Assembly (NCBI GenBank): GCA_034434635.1
Contig: DAOTYX010000184.1
Span: 3,880-67,879 of the forward strand
DNA length: 64,000 bases
Origin: Anaerolineae bacterium
GTDB lineage: Bacteria > Chloroflexota > Anaerolineae > B4-G1 > DUEL01
Reading direction: 5' to 3'
Below the pieces are notes generated by a model that was given only the letters and a program-made list of their open reading frames with translations, made no database searches and had not been told where the DNA came from. Numbering within the stretch: the stretch's first letter is position 1; each line of letters opens with the position of its first letter. Both the position numbers and the translations under genes were made by a program. Shown here piece by piece: positions 57,219 to 64,000 of the stretch.

Positions 57219-58646
57219 TCACTCCACAGGGTTGAAGTAGTTGTAGACCGCCGTGGCGATGTCGCCGATCAGAGGGTCTGACGTTTCCGGCTCCGCGCCC
57301 AGGGGGTTGTAGAGAAAGACGACCAAAATGAAGTCACCGCCAGGACTGGAGAGGATGGCCCCGTCGGCGGCGACGGTGGCGGTACGGGCGGAGCGGCTGG
57401 CGACTCCAGCCGCTGCCGGCAGTCCGCCGCCGATAGGGCTGGCGGCCCGGTTGGTGGCCAGCGTCTCCATCATCTGCTGGCACTCGTCGGGCGTGAACGC
57501 GCCGGGGTAGGCCACCAGCAGCGCGCCACCGCCCCGGCTGCACTGGTAGACCATCTCCAGCAGCAGCCCGATGTCCTGCGCCGTCGTCTGCCCACGGAGG
57601 TCGGGCTGGGTGTCCACGTCGCTGCGGGAGTTCGCCGGGGTGACGATGGTGGGGGGCACGGCGGTGTCGCCGTAGGGCACGGCGAGGAAGGAGTTTTGCA
57701 GTCCCAGGTAGCGCAGTGCGCCGTTGAGGTTTTCCAGTCCCTGATAGACGTCACCACCGCCGCTCAGGTCACGCAGCAGGTCGTTGGCCGCGCCATCGTC
57801 GGTGCCGGTTACCGTCTGCGTCAGCAACGTGGTCTGTGCGGCGGTAGGGGGGCCATCCAGCGCGCGGTAGGCTTCGACCGCGACGGCCAGCCGCAGCACG
57901 TCCATCCCGCTGAAGGCCACATCGGCGTTGAGGGCCAGCTCTTCACCAGTTTCCAGGCCCTTCACGAACACAGCGGCGACGCCGGGGAAGTCGGCCAGGA
58001 GGCCGTTCAGCATCTCCCCCAGTTGCGCCATGCGCAGGGGTTCTGCTTCCTCCACCAGCACGGCCAGTTCCGCCCGCCGGTCCACCGCTGAGAGGAGCGC
58101 TGCTCCCACCCGCTGCGCGGAGACCTGGCGGTCCATCCGATAGCCCGGCAGGCCAGCGCGGAAGGTGAGGCGTTCCAGCAGGGGGACGGGCGGTTGTGCC
58201 GGCCGGTCGTACTGTTGCGCCACGCGGGCCAGAAAGCCGTCCAGCCGCTCCGCGGAGTAAGTGGCCGCGGGTGGGAGGAAGATCGGCGCCACAGGTCGGC
58301 GCAGCAGGTAGGCCATGAAGCCGTTCAGGCTGCGCCGGGCGGCAGCAGCGGCCTCCAGCGTCGCGCGCATCTCCGCAGGGTCGAAGCGGAACTCCACGAC
58401 GTCAGGGGAGAGGGAGAGCATCTCTCCCTGGTAGGAGACCTCGACCGGCTGGGCGAAGGCCGATTCCAGGCGCGCCGTTGCCTCTTCGGCGCTCATCCCG
58501 CCGACGTCCAGGCCGGCCACGGTCATGCCAGGGGGTAACAGCCGCAGGCTGGCGCGATAGCCCACGAACTGCCAGCCCAGCAGGGCCAGCAACACGCCGC
58601 CCAGCGCTACCAGTAGCCATGCCAGCACGCCCGATTCTCTGCGCAC
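57219..58646 (-). CDS. Membrane-anchored protein with peptidoglycan-binding-like N-domain and serine-hydrolase (beta-lactamase-class-A-like) C-domain
   Basis: N-terminal TM, PG_binding_4-like segment, C-terminal region with a GDF-type motif. Weak assignment. Confidence 0.35.
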   Translation of the reverse strand: MRRESGVLAWLLVALGGVLLALLGWQFVGYRASLRLLPPGMTVAGLDVGGMSAEEATARLESAFAQPVEVSYQGEMLSLSPDVVEFRFDPAEMRATLEAAAAARRSLNGFMAYLLRRPVAPIFLPPAATYSAERLDGFLARVAQQYDRPAQPPVPLLERLTFRAGLPGYRMDRQVSAQRVGAALLSAVDRRAELAVLVEEAEPLRMAQLGEMLNGLLADFPGVAAVFVKGLETGEELALNADVAFSGMDVLRLAVAVEAYRALDGPPTAAQTTLLTQTVTGTDDGAANDLLRDLSGGGDVYQGLENLNGALRYLGLQNSFLAVPYGDTAVPPTIVTPANSRSDVDTQPDLRGQTTAQDIGLLLEMVYQCSRGGGALLVAYPGAFTPDECQQMMETLATNRAASPIGGGLPAAAGVASRSARTATVAADGAILSSPGGDFILVVFLYNPLGAEPETSDPLIGDIATAVYNYFNPVE

Positions 58647-58774
58647 GGGATGATCTCCGGGCGGGGATTATAACACAGGCGGGGGAGAGCGCCAACCGCC
58701 AACGAGACAAAGCGAACGGGCTTGCGCGTTTCTGGCAGGTATGATATGATTTCCGTTGTAGTTGCTTACCCTTC

Positions 58775-58857
58775 ACCCTCCCGCAGGTTAGAAAGTGGCT
58801 GGCAACGGAGCGAAGGCAGCCTGTTGTGGCTTACCATGCCCAAACCTGCGCGAGGGT
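58775..58857. promoter_or_regulatory. Conserved hairpin motif copy A (ACCCTCCCGCAGGTT ... AACCTGCGCGAGGGT; 54-nt structured loop)
   Basis: Same arms as copies at 60510-60553 and 63309-63347; one mismatch. Confidence 0.55.
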
Positions 58858-59043
58858 AGGCAGTTACGTTCCATCAAGGTTGTTTCCGTTCTACAGCAGT
58901 GTCCGAAGGAGTAGCGGTCATGTTTTACTGTCGCCGCACCTGAGACGTAGCCCGTGGCGCCGGTTGGCGCCTTCAGGCCGGGCTGCACATGCCAGGGGGC
59001 GGCGAGATGACCGACCCCTGAGTCCGGGCACGGGTCCCCTCTG

Positions 59044-59094
59044 TTTGGGCGACACGCCGCCACTGGTATGTGCAGTGGCGGCTTTTTGTCGCCC
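59044..59094 (+). terminator. Terminator/attenuator-like structure in the yeeE-like leader: GCCGCCACTG-gtatgtg-CAGTGGCGGC followed by TTTTT, enclosed by GGGCGACA/TGTCGCCC
   Basis: Lies about 60 nt upstream of the start codon. The outer 8-bp arms could give an alternative longer helix. Confidence 0.45.
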
Positions 59095-59156
59095 AATGCG
59101 TGTCCCTGTTGAGGCGGAGGACACGTTTGGAGACCATATTTCCAGGAGGTGGACCT

Positions 59157-60281
59157 ATGTCCGAAAAACTGACCCGCTTCTTTGCCTCGCGCTGGGGCAT
59201 CATCGTGGCTGGGGCCGTCATCGGCATCCTGGCCCCGCTGCTCCAGAGGCTGGGCAACCCGCCCAACATGGGCATCTGCGTGGCCTGCTTCGAGCGGGAC
59301 ATCGCCGGCGCCCTGGGGCTGCACCGGGCGGACGTCGTCCAGTATCTCCGGCCGGAGATCATCGGCTTCGTGCTGGGCGCGACGGTCGCGGCGCTCTTGT
59401 TCCGCGAGTTCAAGGCCCGCGCCGGCTCCGCCCCCATCGTCCGCTTCGTGCTCGGCGTTTTCGCCATGATCGGCGCCCTGGCCTTCCTGGGCTGCCCCTG
59501 GCGGGCGCTGCTGCGCTTCTCGGCGGGCGACCTGAACGCCCTGGTCGGCCTGCTCGGTCTGACCTTCGGCATCTTCATCGGCGTGCTCTTCCTCAAAGCC
59601 GGCTACAGCCTGGGCCGCTCCTACAAGACCCACACTGCGGTTGGCTGGATCATGCCGGCCATCATGGTGGTGTTGCTTCTCCTGCTCGTCTTCCGCGTCA
59701 AGGTGAGCGACACCGGCGCCCTCTTCTTCAGCACGAGCGGTCCCGGCTCCATGCACGCGCCGCTGATCATCTCGTTGGTCGTCGGGCTGGTGATCGGCTT
59801 CCTGGCCCAGCGGACGCGCTTCTGCACCATGGGCTCGATCCGCGACGTGATCCTGATGGGCGACACGCACCTGATCAGTGGTGTGGGCGCGCTGTTCGTG
59901 TTCGCCGTCCTCACCAACTTGATCCTGGGGCAGTTCCGCACCCCTGCCTTCTTCGGCCAGCCGATCGCCCACAGCCAGCACCTGTGGAACTTCCTGGGAA
60001 TGACCCTGGCCGGGTTGGCCTTTGCCCTGGCCGGCGGTTGCCCGGGACGGCAGCTCTTCCTGGCTGGCGAGGGGGACGGCGATGCCGCCGTCTTCGTGCT
60101 GGGGATGATCACCGGCGCGGGGATTTCTCATAACTTCGCCCTGGCGGGCCGGCCCGACAGCGTGGTGGAAGGCGTGCAGACGGTCGGCGGCATCACCCCC
60201 TACGGGATGGCTGCGGTCGTCCTGGGGTTGGTGGTCTGCATCGTCATCGGCCTGACGATGCGCCAGAAGATGGAGGGATAA
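59157..60281 (+). CDS. YedE/YeeE-family membrane protein (sulfur/selenium-compound transporter family)
   Basis: 374 aa, about 9 TM, two internal repeats each with the conserved Cys (GICVACF...; FCTMGSIRD) typical of YeeE/YedE. ATG 59157 after CAGGAGGTGG. The track ORF 58826..60133 is in the wrong frame. Confidence 0.8.
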   Translation: MSEKLTRFFASRWGIIVAGAVIGILAPLLQRLGNPPNMGICVACFERDIAGALGLHRADVVQYLRPEIIGFVLGATVAALLFREFKARAGSAPIVRFVLGVFAMIGALAFLGCPWRALLRFSAGDLNALVGLLGLTFGIFIGVLFLKAGYSLGRSYKTHTAVGWIMPAIMVVLLLLLVFRVKVSDTGALFFSTSGPGSMHAPLIISLVVGLVIGFLAQRTRFCTMGSIRDVILMGDTHLISGVGALFVFAVLTNLILGQFRTPAFFGQPIAHSQHLWNFLGMTLAGLAFALAGGCPGRQLFLAGEGDGDAAVFVLGMITGAGISHNFALAGRPDSVVEGVQTVGGITPYGMAAVVLGLVVCIVIGLTMRQKMEG

Positions 60282-60285
60282 TGCC

Positions 60286-60495
60286 ATGGCTCAGACAGTA
60301 GATGCGCGCGGGCTTTCGTGCCCCCAACCGGTCATCCTGACACGCCAGGCCATTCAGACCGGGCAGTTCCCTATCGAGGTGCTGGTGGACACCGTGACCT
60401 CGCGGGAGAACGTCCGGCGTCTGGCGAAGAGCCTGGGCTACAAAGTGCAGGTGAAGGAGGAGGGGGGCGAGTTCAGGCTGACGCTGACGAAATGA
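60286..60495 (+). CDS. TusA/SirA/YedF-like sulfur(selenium)-carrier protein
   Basis: 69 aa; LDARGLSCPQPV (CPxP) motif. Confidence 0.85.
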   Translation: MAQTVDARGLSCPQPVILTRQAIQTGQFPIEVLVDTVTSRENVRRLAKSLGYKVQVKEEGGEFRLTLTK

Positions 60496-60509
60496 GCAAC
60501 TAGACCCTG

Positions 60510-60553
60510 TACCCTCCCGCAGGCTAGAGAGCACCCAAACCTGCGGGAGGGTA
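60510..60553. promoter_or_regulatory. Conserved hairpin motif copy B (TACCCTCCCGCAGG -16 nt- CCTGCGGGAGGGTA, perfect 14-bp arms)
   Basis: Intergenic between the TusA-like and desulfurase genes. Confidence 0.6.
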
Positions 60554-60581
60554 CAAAGGTCATTTTCTTCAGGAGAGTTGA

Positions 60582-61736
60582 ATGATCTACTTCGACAACG
60601 CAGCCACCTCCTGGCCCAAGCCGCCGGGAGTGGCTGAGGCGATGGTGCGTTTCCTGGAGGCCGTCGGGGCCAACCCCGGCCGTGCTGCCCACCGTCTGGC
60701 CGTGGAATCTGGGCGGATCCTCTACGACGCCCGCGAGGCAGTGGCGGACCTTTTCCACGCCCCCGACCCGCTGCGCGTGGTCTTCACCAAGAACGTGACC
60801 GAGGCGCTGAACCTGGCTCTGCGGGGCCTGCTGCGTCCAGGCGACCACGTGGTCACCAGTTCGATGGAGCACAACTCGGTGATGCGTCCCCTGCGCGCCT
60901 TGGAGCGCGACGGCGTCCAGGTGACGGTGGTGACCTGCTCGCCGCAGGGGGTGTTGGCTCCCGCTGACGTGGCAGCAGCCATCCGGCCCGCCACCCGTCT
61001 GGTTGTGCTCAACCATGCCTCTAACGTGGTGGGCACGCTGCTGCCGGTGGCTGAGGTGGGCGCGATCTGTCGCCAGCGCGGCGTGCTGCTGCTGGTGGAC
61101 GCTGCCCAGACCGCTGGCGCCTACCCTATTGACGTAGAGGCCGCACGAGTTGACCTGCTCGCCTTCACCGGCCACAAGTCTATGGGCGGCCCGATGGGCA
61201 CGGGAGGGTTGATCATAGGAGAGCGGGTGGAGGAGAGACAACTGGAGCCGCTGGTGCGCGGCGGCACGGGCAGCCGTTCGGAGTACGAAGTGCAGCCGGA
61301 TTTCCTGCCCGACATGTGCGAGAGCGGCACCCCGAACGTGGTAGGGTTGGCCGGATTGGAGGCAGGGGTACGCTGGGTTTTGGAACAGGGCGTGGAGACG
61401 ATCCGTGCCCATGAGGTGACGCTGGCCCGTGCGTTGATCGAGGGGTTGCTGGTCATTCCCGGTGTGACCGTCTATGGCACGCTGGATGCCGAACGGCAGA
61501 CGGCGACCGTCTCGTTCAACATCATCGGGATGGAGCCTTCGGAGGTGGGCCTGCGCCTGGACGACGAGCACGAGATCATGTGCCGGGTGGGGTTGCACTG
61601 CGCGCCGGCGGCTCACAGGACTATGGACACGTTCCCCGACGGCACGGTACGCTTCGGCCTGGGCGCTTTCAACACGATGGCCGAGGTGGAGGCCGCGCTG
61701 GCCGCCGTAGAGGCACTGGCCAGGGAGGTCCGATGA
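60582..61736 (+). CDS. Class-V aminotransferase: cysteine desulfurase / selenocysteine-lyase-like
   Basis: IYFDNAATS, HKSMGGPMGTGGL (PLP-Lys in HK), ...CESGTPN... Cys loop. Confidence 0.85.
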   Translation: MIYFDNAATSWPKPPGVAEAMVRFLEAVGANPGRAAHRLAVESGRILYDAREAVADLFHAPDPLRVVFTKNVTEALNLALRGLLRPGDHVVTSSMEHNSVMRPLRALERDGVQVTVVTCSPQGVLAPADVAAAIRPATRLVVLNHASNVVGTLLPVAEVGAICRQRGVLLLVDAAQTAGAYPIDVEAARVDLLAFTGHKSMGGPMGTGGLIIGERVEERQLEPLVRGGTGSRSEYEVQPDFLPDMCESGTPNVVGLAGLEAGVRWVLEQGVETIRAHEVTLARALIEGLLVIPGVTVYGTLDAERQTATVSFNIIGMEPSEVGLRLDDEHEIMCRVGLHCAPAAHRTMDTFPDGTVRFGLGAFNTMAEVEAALAAVEALAREVR

Positions 61737-61960
61737 CCACCGGCCAGTACACGGTCATTCTTCTACACTCCACCAGCCACGCCATCCACGCCGAGAGGCT
61801 GCTCAACAGGGCGGGCATCCCGTCGAAGATGATCCCCGTCCCGCGCCATATCAGTTCGAGTTGTGGTGTCTGCATCCGTGTTGGTCGGCCCGACCGGGAG
61901 GCGGCCCAGCGGGTGCTGCAGGTGGCGGGCGTGGAGATCGAGGGAACTCACGACATCTAG
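61733..61960 (+). CDS. DUF3343-family small protein (putative Se/S-carrier-like)
   Basis: 75 aa; ILLHSTSHAIHAERLL...PVPRHISSSCGVCIRV conserved pattern. ATG overlaps the upstream stop (ATGA). Confidence 0.7.
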   Translation: MTTGQYTVILLHSTSHAIHAERLLNRAGIPSKMIPVPRHISSSCGVCIRVGRPDREAAQRVLQVAGVEIEGTHDI

Positions 61961-62090
61961 AAGCCGTAACGGCCTGCGATGTCTGCGATCCACGCCGGCA
62001 GGGGAGAAGGGAACAGGTGGATGGGGGCTGGCGGCCGGCCGCCGGGCGGAGTGGGACGCCGGTCTGGCCAGCCTGATGGAGAAACGCCAG

Positions 62091-62164
62091 CGCCCCCGGT
62101 GGGACTCGAACCCACAACCACCGGATTAGAAGTCCGATGCGCTGTCCACTTGCGCCACGGGGGC
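62091..62164 (-). tRNA. tRNA-Arg(TCT): tRNA-Arg (anticodon TCT)
   Basis: 74 nt cloverleaf: acceptor GCCCCCG/CGGGGGC, D-stem GCGC, anticodon stem TCGGA/TCCGG with loop CTTCTAA, T-arm GTGGG-TTCGAGT-CCCAC, discriminator G. CCA is not encoded. Confidence 0.85.
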
Positions 62165-62174
62165 AGGTGACCCT

Positions 62175-62202
62175 ATTGTAACCCGCCCTGACCGGCTGTC
62201 AA
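62175..62202 (-). promoter_or_regulatory. Consensus sigma70 promoter for the tRNA (minus strand TTGACA-16-TACAAT, 10 nt before tRNA 5' end)
   Basis: Reverse complement of 62175-62202 read directly. Confidence 0.65.
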
Positions 62203-62221
62203 CCCCTCCAGGCCGGCCACT

Positions 62222-63289
62222 TCAAGGCAGATGGTCCAGTATCTGCTGCGTTGAGGGGCGGTCGTCCGCCGCCCGGCCCACATACGACCACGCGATCCGC
62301 CCGTCCCGGCCAATGACGAATACCGCCGGCGCGGCGTAGCCATCCTCCAGCAGATTGTAGACGCCGTAAGCCTCGGCAACCCGATGGTCGGCATCGGCCA
62401 GCATCGGGAAGGGGGCCTGCACAGCGCTCATGGCCCCCGCCACCGCCTCCCGCGAGGCGACCGCTACCGCCACCACCTCCGCCCCACGCGCCTGAAACTC
62501 CGGGTAGGCCTGGCGCAGCTCGACGAGCTGCGTGCGGTCAGGCCCTCAAGAGCACCTCTGGAAAAAGACCACCACCACCGGCCCCCGCGCCAGGCTCGTG
62601 GAGAGGGTGAAAGTGCCCGTATCCGCGCGCGCCAGAGCGAAGTCGGGCGCGGGAGGGGGGAGAGGGGTGGGTGTGGGAGGGGGTGAGGGCGGGGGCGACG
62701 GCACAACGGCCGCAGTGGGCAGACCGCTCGCGGCAAGCCCTTCTTGATTCACCTGGATCTCGGCCCGTTCCCGCGCCTGCGCCAGCCAGTCGTCCACCGC
62801 GACGCCCTGCGCCTGTAGCGCCTGCTGCGCCCGCTGCACCATCAGCAACCGGCCGATCGTCCGCTCCAACGCCGCCCGCTCCAACCCCGCGTCCCTCAGC
62901 GCGGCGACCAGTTCCTCGTCCCCGATCCCCAACGAGGCCTCGAGGTTGCCCAGGTAGGCCTCGACCTCTCCCGCCGTGGGGGTTGCCTGGGGCAACTCCT
63001 GGAGCAGCAGCACCCCGTTGATCAACCGCTCCAGGCTTTCTTCGGCCGTGGGCTCCGGCACGCCAGCCAGGCGGCTCATCACCCCATCTACACCCGCTGC
63101 CTCCAGCCAGAGGGCGCGGCTGATCGGTTGCCCGTTGACGATAGCCACCACCGTCTCCGTTGTCACAGGGATGGCTGTCGGCGGCTGGCTTTCGTGGCTC
63201 AACAGCAGGATAACCACCACCAGCAGCACGAGGGCCACCCCTCCCGCCGCCGCCATCGCCGCCCAGCGGCTGGTAGACCTTTGTTCCAT
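62222..63289 (-). CDS. Candidate selenoprotein: membrane-anchored SurA-N-like + Pro-rich linker + peroxiredoxin/redoxin-fold domain, with single in-frame TGA (62546-62548) in the active-site segment
   Basis: Track ORFs 62546..63289 and 62222..62476 are in the same frame and separated only by one TGA. The readthrough gives a collinear Bcp-like Prx domain. A stable hairpin follows 13 nt downstream. Confidence 0.5.
62514..62532 (-). promoter_or_regulatory. SECIS-like hairpin (mRNA CGCAGCUCG-U-CGAGCUGCG) starting 14 nt 3' of the in-frame UGA, apical G/U about 22-24 nt from UGA
   Basis: Read from the reverse complement; geometry fits bacterial SECIS spacing. Confidence 0.4.
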
Positions 63290-63308
63290 AACCCGCCTCC
63301 CAACTGCC

Positions 63309-63347
63309 TACCTCCCGCAGGTTTGGGCGCACCTGACCTGCGGGAGG
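63309..63347. promoter_or_regulatory. Conserved hairpin motif copy C (TACCTCCCGCAGGT -13 nt- ACCTGCGGGAGG) in the divergent region between the selenoprotein candidate and a thioredoxin-like gene
   Basis: Same arms as copies A and B. Confidence 0.55.
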
Positions 63348-63447
63348 AGTTGCCCGGCCTCCTCAAGTGGATGTAGACGATAGCACGACTTGGCCTGGAT
63401 GTCAACCGCCGGCCCGGCACCCTGCGCCTCTGCGGCAGACGGACACC

Positions 63448-63476
63448 TTTACAATCTGTCGCGATTGTGGGATAAT
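63448..63476 (+). promoter_or_regulatory. sigma70-like promoter (TTTACA-17-GATAAT) with dyad ACAATC-TGTCGC-GATTGT in the spacer
   Basis: Direct reading; 41 nt upstream of ATG 63518. Confidence 0.5.
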
Positions 63477-63517
63477 CGTCCCGCCTGATACTCAGACCGA
63501 TGAGATGCATGAGGGAT

Positions 63518-64000
63518 ATGCGTAGAACCCTGTTCGCCATCCTTACCGCCACGCTGGTCTTGTTCGGCGTCACCGCCATGGTCCATGCTCAGGGGACCCC
63601 CCCACTGGATGGGCCAGTGGTCCGCATCCTCTATTTCTACTCTGTGGACTGCGTCCACTGCCAGGCAGTGCAGGAAGAGGTGTTGGCCCCCCTTCAGGAA
63701 CAGTACGGGTCGCGGTTGGACCTGCGGATGCTGGAGATCAGCGATCCGACCAACTACGAACTGTTGGTGCGTGTCGAGGAATACTTCGGCGTGGGCGCGG
63801 AGGAGCGCGGCCTGCCGACGCTCGTGCTCGACGGCCAGGTGCTCATCGGTGAGGAGGAAATCCGTCAGCAGTTGTCCTGCCTGCTGGAGAGCTGTCTGGC
63901 TGCGGGCGGGTCGGGCTGGCCGCCCATCCCCGGCCTGGAAGAGGGGCTGCCGTCTGGTTCGACTGGCCCCCTGGTGGGGCCGCCGGGCGGCCCGGGGCTG
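63518..64000 (+). CDS. Secreted thioredoxin-fold protein with CxxC (YFYSVDCVHCQ), 3'-partial at window end
   Basis: Signal-peptide-like N-terminus (MRRTLFAILTATLVLFGVTAMVHA) and CVHC motif. No stop before the window end; alternative in-frame ATGs at 63500 and 63509. Confidence 0.6.
   Translation, partial: MRRTLFAILTATLVLFGVTAMVHAQGTPPLDGPVVRILYFYSVDCVHCQAVQEEVLAPLQEQYGSRLDLRMLEISDPTNYELLVRVEEYFGVGAEERGLPTLVLDGQVLIGEEEIRQQLSCLLESCLAAGGSGWPPIPGLEEGLPSGSTGPLVGPPGGPGL

Noticed and set aside
58826-60133. 435-aa + strand ORF
   Set aside because: Wrong frame over the YeeE-family gene (Arg/Pro/Gly-rich, no TM pattern). The frame starting 59157 gives the conserved membrane protein.
62091-62164. tRNA-Sec next to the selenoprotein candidate
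   Set aside because: The tRNA is 74 nt with a 7-bp acceptor stem, short variable loop and anticodon TCT. It is an ordinary tRNA-Arg.

Overview
High-GC (~67%) bacterial chromosomal window, compatible with a Chloroflexi-like genome, dense with genes.

A) 1563-43432: a ~42-kb strictly co-directional (+ strand), tightly packed run of ~33 genes in two transcription units. Each unit is preceded by an AT-rich island carrying near-consensus sigma70 boxes. The content looks like a composite catabolic pathway for an N-heterocycle (nucleoside, nucleobase or pyridine carboxylate). It combines a BMP-family nucleoside-type ABC importer; three paralogous class-III aminotransferases; three amidohydrolase-superfamily enzymes; a single-chain FAD-[2Fe-2S]-MoCo xanthine-dehydrogenase-family hydroxylase; a tungsten-type aldehyde:ferredoxin oxidoreductase; PreT plus two PreA dihydropyrimidine-dehydrogenase-like reductases; a tandem isochorismatase-fold hydrolase fusion; an ornithine-carbamoyltransferase-fold enzyme; and a C5-dicarboxylate module (PrpD/MmgE, LeuCD-like hydro-lyase, PrpF isomerase, SucC-ferredoxin-SucD CoA ligase, HMG-CoA-lyase-like lyase).

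B) 43.6-49.7 kb: an ECF sigma / zinc-finger anti-sigma pair with an ECF-type promoter and an unusual multi-repeat operator-like element. Also a low-GC non-coding island, a LysM lipoprotein, PlsC-like acyltransferase, a class-II aldolase-like gene and rmlC.

C) 49.8-51.7 kb: a BIME/REP-like array of composite palindromic repeats upstream of thrC. Further copies sit at 43.47 kb and 51.6 kb, and a related hairpin at 16.87 kb.

D) 51.8-58.6 kb: rmlB, a large STAND-NTPase/TPR regulator with an inverted (C-terminal) SARP wHTH-BTAD module, a GNAT-like protein and a membrane-anchored serine-hydrolase-like protein.

E) 58.7-64.0 kb: a sulfur/selenium trafficking cluster (YedE/YeeE-family permease, TusA/YedF-like carrier, class-V cysteine desulfurase/selenocysteine-lyase-like, DUF3343 Se/S-carrier-like). 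Next to it lie tRNA-Arg(TCT) and a membrane-anchored SurA-N + peroxiredoxin-fold protein whose reading frame is interrupted only by one in-frame TGA, exactly in the redox-active-site region, followed by a SECIS-like hairpin. This is a candidate selenoprotein. Three copies of a conserved 12-15-bp-arm hairpin motif (CCTCCCGCAGG...CCTGCGGGAGG) flank these genes, and the yeeE-like gene has a long leader with a mini-ORF and a terminator-like hairpin.

No CRISPR, rRNA or recognisable transposase or integrase was found.
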